From positions 5,626 through 69,625 of the forward strand of contig CAIUZV010000391.1 of assembly GCA_903903735.1 (NCBI GenBank): 64,000 bases of DNA. Reading direction: 5' to 3'. Positions 20,864 to 29,717 of this stretch are shown here, one piece after another. Below the pieces are notes generated by a model. That model was not told the origin of the DNA. It did not search any database and saw only the letters and a program-made list of their open reading frames with translations. Origin of the DNA: an uncultured beta proteobacterium (GTDB lineage: Bacteria; Pseudomonadota; Gammaproteobacteria; Burkholderiales; Burkholderiaceae_B). A program made the translations under genes and the position numbers. Position 1 is the stretch's first letter. Every line of letters starts with the position of its first letter.

Positions 20864-21597
20864 TGGATGCACAGATAAAGCATGGTAATACATTAAATTC
20901 AGGCAGTAGATATGCTGCAGATTTTGATTATCTAATGCATGATTTTTGCATCGAGCGGTTCCTAGAAAAACTTAAGGGAAGAAACTGCCTTGAACTCGGG
21001 TGCTATCACGGTGAGATGACGAGAAAGTTATCAAGACTCTGTCTTTCCGTAACAGCTATGGACAATGATGAAGTATGCATCAACACAAGTAAGTTGGCAT
21101 GCAAGTCGCATTCCAATGTGTCATTTATTCAATCTGATTTCAGCGAGTTTGAAGAATATAAAAATTATGATGTGATTTATTTTTCACATGCGCTAGAGCA
21201 TGTTCCTGATGATTTAAAATTAATATCACATATTAATCGCCAGTTAAATCGAGATCAAGTGATGATTACTATAGTGCCAAATGGTACAAGTCTATCGAGA
21301 CAGATTGCTGTTGAAATGGGCTTGATGAGGTTTCCACTCGAGATTACGGATTTTGAGAAAAAAATAGGGCATTATAGAACATATGATATGAAGACCTTGA
21401 CAAGTCTTTTTCAAAGATCCGGAATGAACATTTTAGAATCAGGTGGAATTATGCCTAAGATATTTTCGAACAATCAGTTTGACAGAAGTTTACAAGCAGG
21501 GATAATTGATATGAATTATGTAAAAGCACTTAATAAATTAAGTGCTAAATATGAAGAGTTATGTTCCTCTATTTATTTAGTTTCAAAGAAGGGATGA
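20860..21597 (+). CDS. Class I SAM-dependent methyltransferase
   Basis: LELGCYHG, SHALEH, VPNGTSLSRQIAVEMG, GHYRTY. Confidence 0.85.
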   Translation: MMDAQIKHGNTLNSGSRYAADFDYLMHDFCIERFLEKLKGRNCLELGCYHGEMTRKLSRLCLSVTAMDNDEVCINTSKLACKSHSNVSFIQSDFSEFEEYKNYDVIYFSHALEHVPDDLKLISHINRQLNRDQVMITIVPNGTSLSRQIAVEMGLMRFPLEITDFEKKIGHYRTYDMKTLTSLFQRSGMNILESGGIMPKIFSNNQFDRSLQAGIIDMNYVKALNKLSAKYEELCSSIYLVSKKG

Positions 21598-22316
21598 CAA
21601 TGAAAACTGAACGATTGATCATGTCAGGTGCAAGAGAAAATTCAGAGTCGCTTTTAAAAGAAATGAGCGAGGCTCTTAAGTTATCGGCTGACAACCCTTA
21701 TCTATTTGTCAGGACGGGATTAATTGCCAAATTGTTTTTTTATAAAGAGTTATATGAAATTATAGTGTCTGTGCCAGGAAGTATAGTAGAAGTTGGAAGT
21801 TGGTTTGGGCAGACATCAGTATTATTTGAGAATATAAGAGCAATAATAGAGCCGTTTAATTATTCTAGAAAAATTGTAAGTTTTGATACCTTTGATGGCT
21901 ACAATGAAACATCTGGCTTAAATATTGGAAGTCAAGAAATACTCAAGTATAAAGTTGAGGATAATTGGATAGATTTATTAGAGAAAATCCAAGATGCTCA
22001 TAAATCTATTAACAGTTCTGCATCAATATTTCACAATATTAAGGGGGATATCAGAGATACTATTCCAAAGTATTTGGAGGAAAATTGTGAACCGATTGCT
22101 CTAGTTTATTATGACATTGCAACATATGAAACTTTAAAATTCACCTTTAATACAGTCTTGCCATATATATCAAAGGGAGGTGTTTTCGTTTTTGACGATT
22201 ATGGTTACCAGTACCAGGGTGTAAATCAATTCATTATCGAACAGGGAATTCATAAGAAATATCAGCTTATACACAGTAAGTACTATAAAAGTAAGGTTTA
22301 CTTGGTGGTAACCTGA
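21594..22316 (+). CDS. TylF/MycF-like sugar O-methyltransferase
   Basis: VPGSIVEVG.W.G, SFDTFDG, KGDI..T, YYD...YE, KGGVFVFDDY. Start at the ATGA overlap at 21594. Confidence 0.78.
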   Translation: MTMKTERLIMSGARENSESLLKEMSEALKLSADNPYLFVRTGLIAKLFFYKELYEIIVSVPGSIVEVGSWFGQTSVLFENIRAIIEPFNYSRKIVSFDTFDGYNETSGLNIGSQEILKYKVEDNWIDLLEKIQDAHKSINSSASIFHNIKGDIRDTIPKYLEENCEPIALVYYDIATYETLKFTFNTVLPYISKGGVFVFDDYGYQYQGVNQFIIEQGIHKKYQLIHSKYYKSKVYLVVT

Positions 22317-23296
22317 TGGAGCCGCGTGCACTGGCGCCGGTATTGGTAGCAACGCACACTCGAATTGATCACTTAAAGCGAACAATTTCAGCGCTAAGGG
22401 AGAACGAGCTAGCTGCTAAGACCCATCTATTCATAGCTTCCGATGCCGCAAGAGACGAGAACGAAGTGAAGCAGGTCATGACAGTCCGGAACTACATTGA
22501 TTCAATTGATGGGTTTCTTGCTGTTACTAAGATTTATAGAGAACAAAATTTTGGTCATTTCAAAAATTTCCAAGATGCAACGGATAAGGTCTTTTCACTT
22601 TACGATAAGATCATAAAGCTTGAAGACGATATAGTTACTGCACCTGGATTTCTCACCTTTATGAACAAAGGCTTATTGAAATACGAGCATGATAAGAGAG
22701 TGATTTCTATTTCTGGCCACTTATGGGAGGGCGTAAAAGGCACTAAGGAAACTATGCTTTTGCCAACTGCTAATGGCTGGGGGTGGGCTATTTGGAAAGA
22801 TCGATTTTACTTAAATCGCCACGACGCTTTTTTGGCAAGAGATTTCCTTAATACCCCGCGTCTTTTTTTCAAAATGTGCGGTATAAATCCTCGCCTCGTA
22901 CCTATGGTGACTAGAATAGCAACCAATAAATTAATAGCTGGAGATGTGAGTTGGAGCCTGTACATCATTAAGTACAATAAATTGGTACTTTTCCCAAGTG
23001 TAAGTTTGGTACGGAATATTGGGCATGATGGTTCCGGTCAAAACTGCGGGATCGACGAAAAATTTAACGAACAAGCAATTTCAACGAAAACGAGCTTTAT
23101 TTTTGAAGATATTTCTAAACACGATATCAAAATATGCTCTAAAAGCTTCTTTATTAATAATGGAGGATATTCGCTCATGTCTTATCGGATATTTTTATAT
23201 TGCTTAGGAAAAATATTTGGCGACAAGGGAATTGATAGATTAAGAAAAATAAAGAGTGGCTTTATAATATACAAAAATAATAATAATAAATTATAG
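22316..23296 (+). CDS. GT-A fold glycosyltransferase
   Basis: LAPVLV..R..HL, IASDAA, KLEDDI, WGWAIWKDR, NIGHDGSG. Confidence 0.82.
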   Translation: MEPRALAPVLVATHTRIDHLKRTISALRENELAAKTHLFIASDAARDENEVKQVMTVRNYIDSIDGFLAVTKIYREQNFGHFKNFQDATDKVFSLYDKIIKLEDDIVTAPGFLTFMNKGLLKYEHDKRVISISGHLWEGVKGTKETMLLPTANGWGWAIWKDRFYLNRHDAFLARDFLNTPRLFFKMCGINPRLVPMVTRIATNKLIAGDVSWSLYIIKYNKLVLFPSVSLVRNIGHDGSGQNCGIDEKFNEQAISTKTSFIFEDISKHDIKICSKSFFINNGGYSLMSYRIFLYCLGKIFGDKGIDRLRKIKSGFIIYKNNNNKL

Positions 23297-23450
23297 TGAT
23301 TTGCGATGAGATTCTTTTAACCCATAATGGAAAATTACTTTGTAATAGTTGATCATTCACTGAATATAAGTCAATACTAGTTGTGGGATGATTTTCGAAC
23401 TCTCCGCCAATGTATTTTTCGAAAATTGGTGAATTTCGTGTATACAGGGC

Positions 23451-24884
23451 TTATGCGGTGACTGGGCTGGACCGAAGACTTGGAAAGGCTGTTAGTAATT
23501 CTTGGTGAAGGTCATTTAAAAATATCTCGGGATTCAAATATCCAGATTTTCTTGCCGACTCTTCGATGCGAATTTCCAAAGCTGCAGAATTATTCATATG
23601 CTCTATAATAATTTTTTCAATTTGTATGGATTGATGATAAATGTAATTAATATTTTCAGTCTGACTCATAATACTCGCGGCCATTTGATTAATCCAATAT
23701 GGCCCTTCCTTGCAGATAGTTGGTATGCCAATACTTAATCCAACTATGGTGCCTGAACCACTAGAATAATTGGGTATGTCTAATATTGAATAAACATTTT
23801 TTTTTAGAAAATATTGCAGTTGAAGCAAAGGCATTGCTGTATTAAAACTGACATTCTTTAAATTCCAGCCATATATTTTCAGTTTGTCTACTAAAAAATA
23901 TGGATACTTGGTCCCAATAAAAATAAATTTAAAATTGTGAGAGAGGACACTGAATTCTTTAAGAAATTCAGGGCCTATTTTAAACTGCTCAGCAATTATA
24001 CAAAAATGGTATTTTTTGCGAGACTTATTAATTTTTAATACAAGTGGTGGAAGATCCCATCCACCTAATGAATCTAACTCTATTATTTTTTTTTCGGAAA
24101 TAAATGGAGCAACAGTAACAGATTTGGGAATAATTAAAGCATCATAAAAATATTTATTTGAAGTTGTTATTAAGTTGTAGTAATTAAGCACATAAGCTGA
24201 GGTGTTTTTCAATACTTCTAACGTTTTCGTTGGTCTAAGGGGACCATCGGCATCAATGATGAAGTCTATATTCGTATTGCAATAATGTGTAGCCGACGCG
24301 ACATCATTAAAAATCACAAGCTCGATTCCATCGATATGTTTTTCAGCTGGAAAATCACTGAATTTACAAAGAATCCATCTCATTTTTAAGTTGATTCTTA
24401 CATAAGAAAGAATGGTTTTTTCAAAGAAGTGAGAGCTAGCATAGCTGCAAAAAAATGCGATAGTAATGTGTTCGTTAAGTACTTTATCTTTGAAATTTGT
24501 AGAAAACGAATCTTCTTGCTTGGTTGAGTGGAAGTAAAGATCCCATTGATTTTTTGTTAGATATATTCTTGGAAGTAACTCGCGAGGAATGTGCGAATGG
24601 TCAATTTCAAAATTAAATTTCCCTGATAGAAAATAGTCAATAAATTCTTCGTTATGTGATTTTAAAATGCGTGTAGGAACTCTTTTATAAATCTCTAGTC
24701 TGGTTCGATCTCTGAAGATACGAGCTCGATCTCTTAAGTTACGAATAATTGGTATCAGACCAGTTTTTCTTATTAAGTAAAAAATGTATTCTTTAAAACG
24801 GTGTGAGGATGTCAGCAATCTTTTAACGGTCACAAATTTTTGGAAGATTTTTTTTAAAAAAGATAACTTTCGAACTTCTGACAT
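23451..24884 (-). CDS. Divergent GT41-like (O-GlcNAc transferase/SPINDLY/HMW1C catalytic-type) protein lacking TPRs
   Basis: IDFIIDADG resembles the DILIDLxG segment; ILDIPNYSSGSGTIVGLSIGIPTI..EG....QMAASIM resembles the LDTxPYxGxTT..AL..GVPVV..G....RxxxS segment of GT41. Confidence 0.5.
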   Translation of the reverse strand: MSEVRKLSFLKKIFQKFVTVKRLLTSSHRFKEYIFYLIRKTGLIPIIRNLRDRARIFRDRTRLEIYKRVPTRILKSHNEEFIDYFLSGKFNFEIDHSHIPRELLPRIYLTKNQWDLYFHSTKQEDSFSTNFKDKVLNEHITIAFFCSYASSHFFEKTILSYVRINLKMRWILCKFSDFPAEKHIDGIELVIFNDVASATHYCNTNIDFIIDADGPLRPTKTLEVLKNTSAYVLNYYNLITTSNKYFYDALIIPKSVTVAPFISEKKIIELDSLGGWDLPPLVLKINKSRKKYHFCIIAEQFKIGPEFLKEFSVLSHNFKFIFIGTKYPYFLVDKLKIYGWNLKNVSFNTAMPLLQLQYFLKKNVYSILDIPNYSSGSGTIVGLSIGIPTICKEGPYWINQMAASIMSQTENINYIYHQSIQIEKIIIEHMNNSAALEIRIEESARKSGYLNPEIFLNDLHQELLTAFPSLRSSPVTA

Positions 24885-25099
24885 GATTTATTTGCTCTGA
24901 ATTGTTTATTGCTCAGACTCGAGGAATTATTTGCTGCACCTAAATTTAATTTTGGCTAGGTTTTTTCATTGTATTGGCGTTTCACCAATGTGTTAAACAT
25001 CAGTTTCACTACCTAGCTGCCTAATATTAATTGCTTCAATTTTACCGTAAACCATATAAATATTCCTTTGTAAATACAGAAGCGGCACTCTTTAGTTGC

Positions 25100-25680
25100 C
25101 GGCTAGTCGATCAATAAATTCGGGATAAAACCTTCCGACCCCATTTTCCAATCACGGATTGGTGTTGGAAGGATCTACGAATCGTTCTCAGGGAGCACAA
25201 CGTATTTGCCAGCAGGAGTCGGCGAGATAACTGCAACGACAATACTGTGCTGGAGAGCTTTTTCTAGTTACTCAAACGATAACGCATGCATGACTATATT
25301 TATCCAAAAAGCAATGAGGGGGGGGTAGGATATTTGTGATTACATCGAGAAGTTGCATAACCTCGCAGATCTTTATAATCAGTAGCGTTCCAATAGATTC
25401 TTCTAAAACTACTATTATATTTAGAGCAAACTCATATCCGCAATACGTTCACGCCACTAATGGCGTTTGCTATAAAATTGGAAGAAATGTTTGAAGTTTT
25501 GTAGCCCGTCTCTCGACGGTTCGTAAATGATTTGAGATACAGTCTAAAATTCTGCGATTGACGAAATAGGACAATGATAACTGGGTTTTTTTCAACATAG
25601 CCCTATTTCAGAAATTTAGTTGATGGGTAATTCTCGATAATTAATTGTTGCAATGTGTCGATTGATAAATTTTTTTGATT
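25100..25680 (-). pseudogene. Probable decayed sulfotransferase-family gene remnant
   Basis: Minus-strand fragments in canonical order across frameshifts/stops: YVEK.P (~25582-25599), IIY...RDG (~25502-25531), R.LCNF/LDV (~25341-25368), SVIGKW (25141-25158). Boundaries approximate. Confidence 0.35.
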
Positions 25681-25734
25681 GACAGTGTTCAAACTCTGAT
25701 GGACAAACTGCTGCGCAGTGCCGACCATAGCCTT

Positions 25735-26637
25735 TCATGACAGGCAAGCCTGATAGGCTTCAAGGACGTTGTCGATTAGTGTAGTATCAAGTTTTTGGAC
25801 TGACAAAATATCAAAATAAAAAATTGTTCTAGTTGCCATCCCAATATTTTGTTGCCATATATAGTTCATTAATTGAATAACGACACTTATAGCTGAGGTT
25901 CTCAGAACAACTTCACCGAAGTTGTCAAAAATAGTCCAGTCGCAGTAGCCGGCTGCTTCAAGGCTCTGTAGAGTTTCGGTGTATCGATTCTTTTGATCAA
26001 TATTATCTAACTGGCACTCGAAAAAGATAATAGGAGAGTATTTTTTAATTGCAGCCATTGATGAGTCAATTACATCATAATCAAAGCCGTCTACATCACT
26101 CTTTAGTAGTCGAATTTTTAAAGTACTCAAAATGATTTCATCAAGTGGGCGTGATTTTATGCCCTGCTCGGTGCAAACTACCGCATGCTTTGTTCCTCCC
26201 TGGCCGGTTAGAGAAACATTCGAAATACTTTTTCCAACAAGTGCCTGAATAGCTTCAATCTTTAGCCCATCTAGCCTATCTTTCATTCTCTCTATATTTT
26301 TTTCAAGAAAGCGAAAAAAAGAGGTGTCGGGTTCAATGCAGACGTAACTAGCCCTGCTGTTTTGTGCAATCATACCCGCTAAGGTGTCTCCTACATTTGC
26401 GCCCACATCCACGATAGTATCTGACGGGGAGATGTACTTCGCGAGGTGCGGCAAAAATCTGTCATAGTTTGGGTACAGACGTTGGTAGGTTGGTAACAAA
26501 TGGTTCGATGGCAATAATATCGAAAACTTGTCATATCGGTGCTCGAGGGGCAAGTTAAGATAGAGACGAACCTTGCGCAGAATTTTTTTTGCAATCTTGT
26601 CATACACACCTAGTTTGCTCTGATTGACGGTTTCCAT
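25735..26637 (-). CDS. FkbM-family methyltransferase
   Basis: VDVGANVG, CIEP, LLKSDVDGFD, PIIFFE. Confidence 0.88.
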   Translation of the reverse strand: METVNQSKLGVYDKIAKKILRKVRLYLNLPLEHRYDKFSILLPSNHLLPTYQRLYPNYDRFLPHLAKYISPSDTIVDVGANVGDTLAGMIAQNSRASYVCIEPDTSFFRFLEKNIERMKDRLDGLKIEAIQALVGKSISNVSLTGQGGTKHAVVCTEQGIKSRPLDEIILSTLKIRLLKSDVDGFDYDVIDSSMAAIKKYSPIIFFECQLDNIDQKNRYTETLQSLEAAGYCDWTIFDNFGEVVLRTSAISVVIQLMNYIWQQNIGMATRTIFYFDILSVQKLDTTLIDNVLEAYQACLS

Positions 26638-26682
26638 TGCCTTTCTCGCTTAACCTCAATGACGGACAGACTATTCTACCTG

Positions 26683-26931
26683 TGACCTAGCCTGCGGACC
26701 AATGTTAGCCATTTATCTGTGTACTAATCAAGACTGGCTGAGGGTCGAAAGGGGGCGTTACGTTGCAACTTTAACCTGACACAGGGAGGCGGCTAAAAAT
26801 GAGGCACGTTGCTGACGAACAATTCCAGGTCACTTGATTTGATAAATAGAGGCCGAGGATGCCGATACAAGTGTAAGAACATACTTGCCAAGTGCATCAA
26901 TGGGTGACTTAGGAGGGTAGTAGATGGGTCA
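26683..26931 (+). mobile_element. Possible internally deleted IS3-like remnant (MITE-sized)
   Basis: Termini TGACC...GGTCA. Left part (ttagccattta) and right end (tagatgggtca) resemble the ends of the IS at 12519-13717 (taagccaaatta, tagacgggcca). Degenerate orfA-like start MRHVADEQF. No target duplication seen. Confidence 0.3.
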
Positions 26932-27166
26932 AGGGTGGCAGCTGTGGTGCTGGAATCCTATTTCTTAACCGGCTCTCAATCCGTCAGCACAGGACTCTCT
27001 GTTTTTTGTCGAAAAACAAGTCGTCAAACCGTTTTAATTAAATGCAGCGAACTGCCGCACCTTGGTGATGAATTCAATCAATAAGGCCTCATCGCATAGT
27101 TAAAGGATTAGTCGGTGAGAAAAGGGGCTAGACCTAGTTGACATTGTTAACAAAAAGCGGGAAAAA

Positions 27167-27841
27167 ATGAATATCAAAGATCTTATTATTAAAATAATAC
27201 GGCCTAATGGAAAGATAGACTTTTTGTTTTCTTTGCCAAGCGATGCCCTAATACTGGACGTAGGATGTGGGAATAACTCCCCCTACCGAGTAAAAAAAAT
27301 ACTTCCGCAATCTGTATACACAGGCATTGATGTGGGTGACTACAATCAAACAGAGCATAACAATTCTGATAGATACATCATTACATCTCCAGAAGAATTT
27401 AGCTCTGAAATTTCGAAGTTTAGCGAAGAGTTTGACGCAGTAATTTCATCTCACAATCTTGAGCATTGTGATCACAGAGATGAGACCCTTGAGGCGATGC
27501 TAGGGGCATTGAAAGTTGGGGGTAAATTATTTTTAAGCTTTCCTTGTGAGCAAAGCATCTTATTCCCAAAGCGAGGAGGGACGTTAAACTATTTTGATGA
27601 TTCGACCCATAAGTTCATTCCTCCAAAATTTGATTCAGTTCTTTTAACGCTCGAGAAATTTGAATTTGAAGTGGTTTATTCGAACAAGAACTACAAACCA
27701 ACGCTCTTGCGGCTCGTTGGTTTGATTTTGGAGCCCGTCTCACGGCTCAAAAACAGAAATCTGCTTGGCACATGGGAATATTACGGCTTTGAGTCAATTA
27801 TTATTGCCAAGAAAACTCAAAAGCCTAAGCACTTACCGTGA
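27167..27841 (+). CDS. Class I SAM-dependent methyltransferase
   Basis: LDVGCG, YTGID, FDAVISSHNLEH, LKVGGKLFLSFP. Confidence 0.88.
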   Translation: MNIKDLIIKIIRPNGKIDFLFSLPSDALILDVGCGNNSPYRVKKILPQSVYTGIDVGDYNQTEHNNSDRYIITSPEEFSSEISKFSEEFDAVISSHNLEHCDHRDETLEAMLGALKVGGKLFLSFPCEQSILFPKRGGTLNYFDDSTHKFIPPKFDSVLLTLEKFEFEVVYSNKNYKPTLLRLVGLILEPVSRLKNRNLLGTWEYYGFESIIIAKKTQKPKHLP

Positions 27842-27927
27842 CGATCAGCGCGCAAACCAGAACCCAAAGCTGAAAATTGATTGAAGGATTCTATTCCTCA
27901 TTCGTAGCAAGCATTGGCTTCGCAGAT

Positions 27928-29490
27928 TCAATCCCGAACAGCACATGAGTAGACTCTGTAGTGTTTTGTTAACGGAGACGATACGGGAGAGTAATGCTTT
28001 TGAAAAGCCGAGCGAACATTGTCTGAAAACAACGATGCCATAGTGTAATAATTAACTAACGTAAAAGGTTCGCCCTCGACTGGTAGCGCCAAATAGGGGA
28101 TGCGACAACTGCTCATTGCAGCCACCAAAACATCGTCAGGCACGTTAGAAAAGTTTAACTCCATTGCCCCCGGGATATCGATTTGTTGATATCCCTTGGC
28201 ATCTAAAATTGGCCTGAAATAAACATGCGGATAACTCTTAACGTCAGACGGTGCTAGTACCACACCAGGGTAATGTTCTGCCATCATCTCGACCTCTTTC
28301 TTTAGTTCAGACTGGACTGAGTATCGTGTTATGTGTTTGCCAGCCAAAACGAGAGGTGTGATCAAGGTCACCAAACCTAATATCAACAAACCAAATTTAA
28401 ATGGCGATATCGATGCATCAAGTGCAGGAGACTCATTTAATATGCCCTGAATGATCCATGCATGTAGGGGTATAAACGGCATCAGGTGATGTGAGCCGGC
28501 ACCGGGCTTGCTCGCAATCACCGCCACGATCAACTCCACAGCAATTAACAAAATCGTTGGGATGAAGTACTTACTATTTTTACCTGGCCCTGTTAACAAT
28601 AGATAAAGAATAGGGAAAAGCAAGACAAGCATATGAGTCAGGTTTTCTAGCAAAAGAGTATTAGATAGCCCGTGCTTGCGAAATAAGTCGAGGTAACTGA
28701 CAAATCCGTATATTGAAATTTGTTGCGGAGTGTGGCTTGCGATCAACACGAAGAATATCGCTGCGAGAAAGACCAGACCCTTTTGTACAGTCCAAGACTT
28801 AAATAGATCGGGGCGGGCAAATATTGCAGTCACAATATAAGAGGCTGCGTGAATTTTAAGGCTTGCAGCGAGCCCAACCAGACAGCCGAGCACAATGCTG
28901 GTTTTTATTCGAACTGGTTGCCGCATCACCAGTAACGTCAACGTTACGAACAAGATAACGAGTGGTTCGGCACGATTCCAAAAATTAAACAGTCCAAATG
29001 GAATCAAAAATATCAAATATGCTCGAGCAAATCCGGTGAACATCTTAAGCAACACAATCGATGAAAAAATAAACGCCATCACACCCAGCAATTTTGAAGA
29101 AAAAATCACAGGTAGATTGACTGCCCCAAATAACGCCTGAGCCTCTGCCAAGAGCGGCCCATACATCAAGCCGTGCATCGAATATTCAGACAGAGGTGGA
29201 TATATTTGCCCCTTCTGCAGATAGATCAAACCTAAGGATGCAATGGATGGCTCAACATGTTCGAGATAGCTAGGATAAAACAGATGGCTGATTGCCATCG
29301 CGATAAGTAGAAAAAAATCTACGCCTACGATTAGCCTTAACAGCCTGTCAAGTAGATCTGCTCTTAACAGTTTGAAGTAATACAGTACGGCGCCAACCAA
29401 GGTGCCGCTAATTGCCCAAGGAACAAGCCATAAATATGTCAAAGTTTCGTAGATACTTTTGTAGAAGCTGTAAGTTTCAGCACTAATCAC
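27928..29490 (-). CDS. Polytopic membrane protein, putative GT-C glycosyltransferase
   Basis: About 12 TMs; acidic loop YLEHVEP followed by MYGPL; RAEP; LKIH; soluble C-terminal tail. Confidence 0.55.
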   Translation of the reverse strand: MISAETYSFYKSIYETLTYLWLVPWAISGTLVGAVLYYFKLLRADLLDRLLRLIVGVDFFLLIAMAISHLFYPSYLEHVEPSIASLGLIYLQKGQIYPPLSEYSMHGLMYGPLLAEAQALFGAVNLPVIFSSKLLGVMAFIFSSIVLLKMFTGFARAYLIFLIPFGLFNFWNRAEPLVILFVTLTLLVMRQPVRIKTSIVLGCLVGLAASLKIHAASYIVTAIFARPDLFKSWTVQKGLVFLAAIFFVLIASHTPQQISIYGFVSYLDLFRKHGLSNTLLLENLTHMLVLLFPILYLLLTGPGKNSKYFIPTILLIAVELIVAVIASKPGAGSHHLMPFIPLHAWIIQGILNESPALDASISPFKFGLLILGLVTLITPLVLAGKHITRYSVQSELKKEVEMMAEHYPGVVLAPSDVKSYPHVYFRPILDAKGYQQIDIPGAMELNFSNVPDDVLVAAMSSCRIPYLALPVEGEPFTLVNYYTMASLFSDNVRSAFQKHYSPVSSPLTKHYRVYSCAVRD

Positions 29491-29717
29491 AAAGACCTTC
29501 CTATGAATATCTTCTCGAACAATTTAGAGTTACGCTCATGCTGTCTCATTAGAATCGAACACAACACAATCTAGGCTGTCGGGTTGATTGAGATATCTAA
29601 ACAATTATAATTGACTCAAAGTCATAATGACCCTAAGTATGGGTTCGACAAAATTAAGAGCTAAATCGTAATTGACTTTTCCAAACACAACGTACCAACT
29701 AGTAAGCATGACTCGTC

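Noticed and set aside
20331-24094. T8/A8/T9 homopolymers as phase-variation switches
   Set aside because: They are short A/T runs in AT-rich genes with intact frames, as expected from composition.
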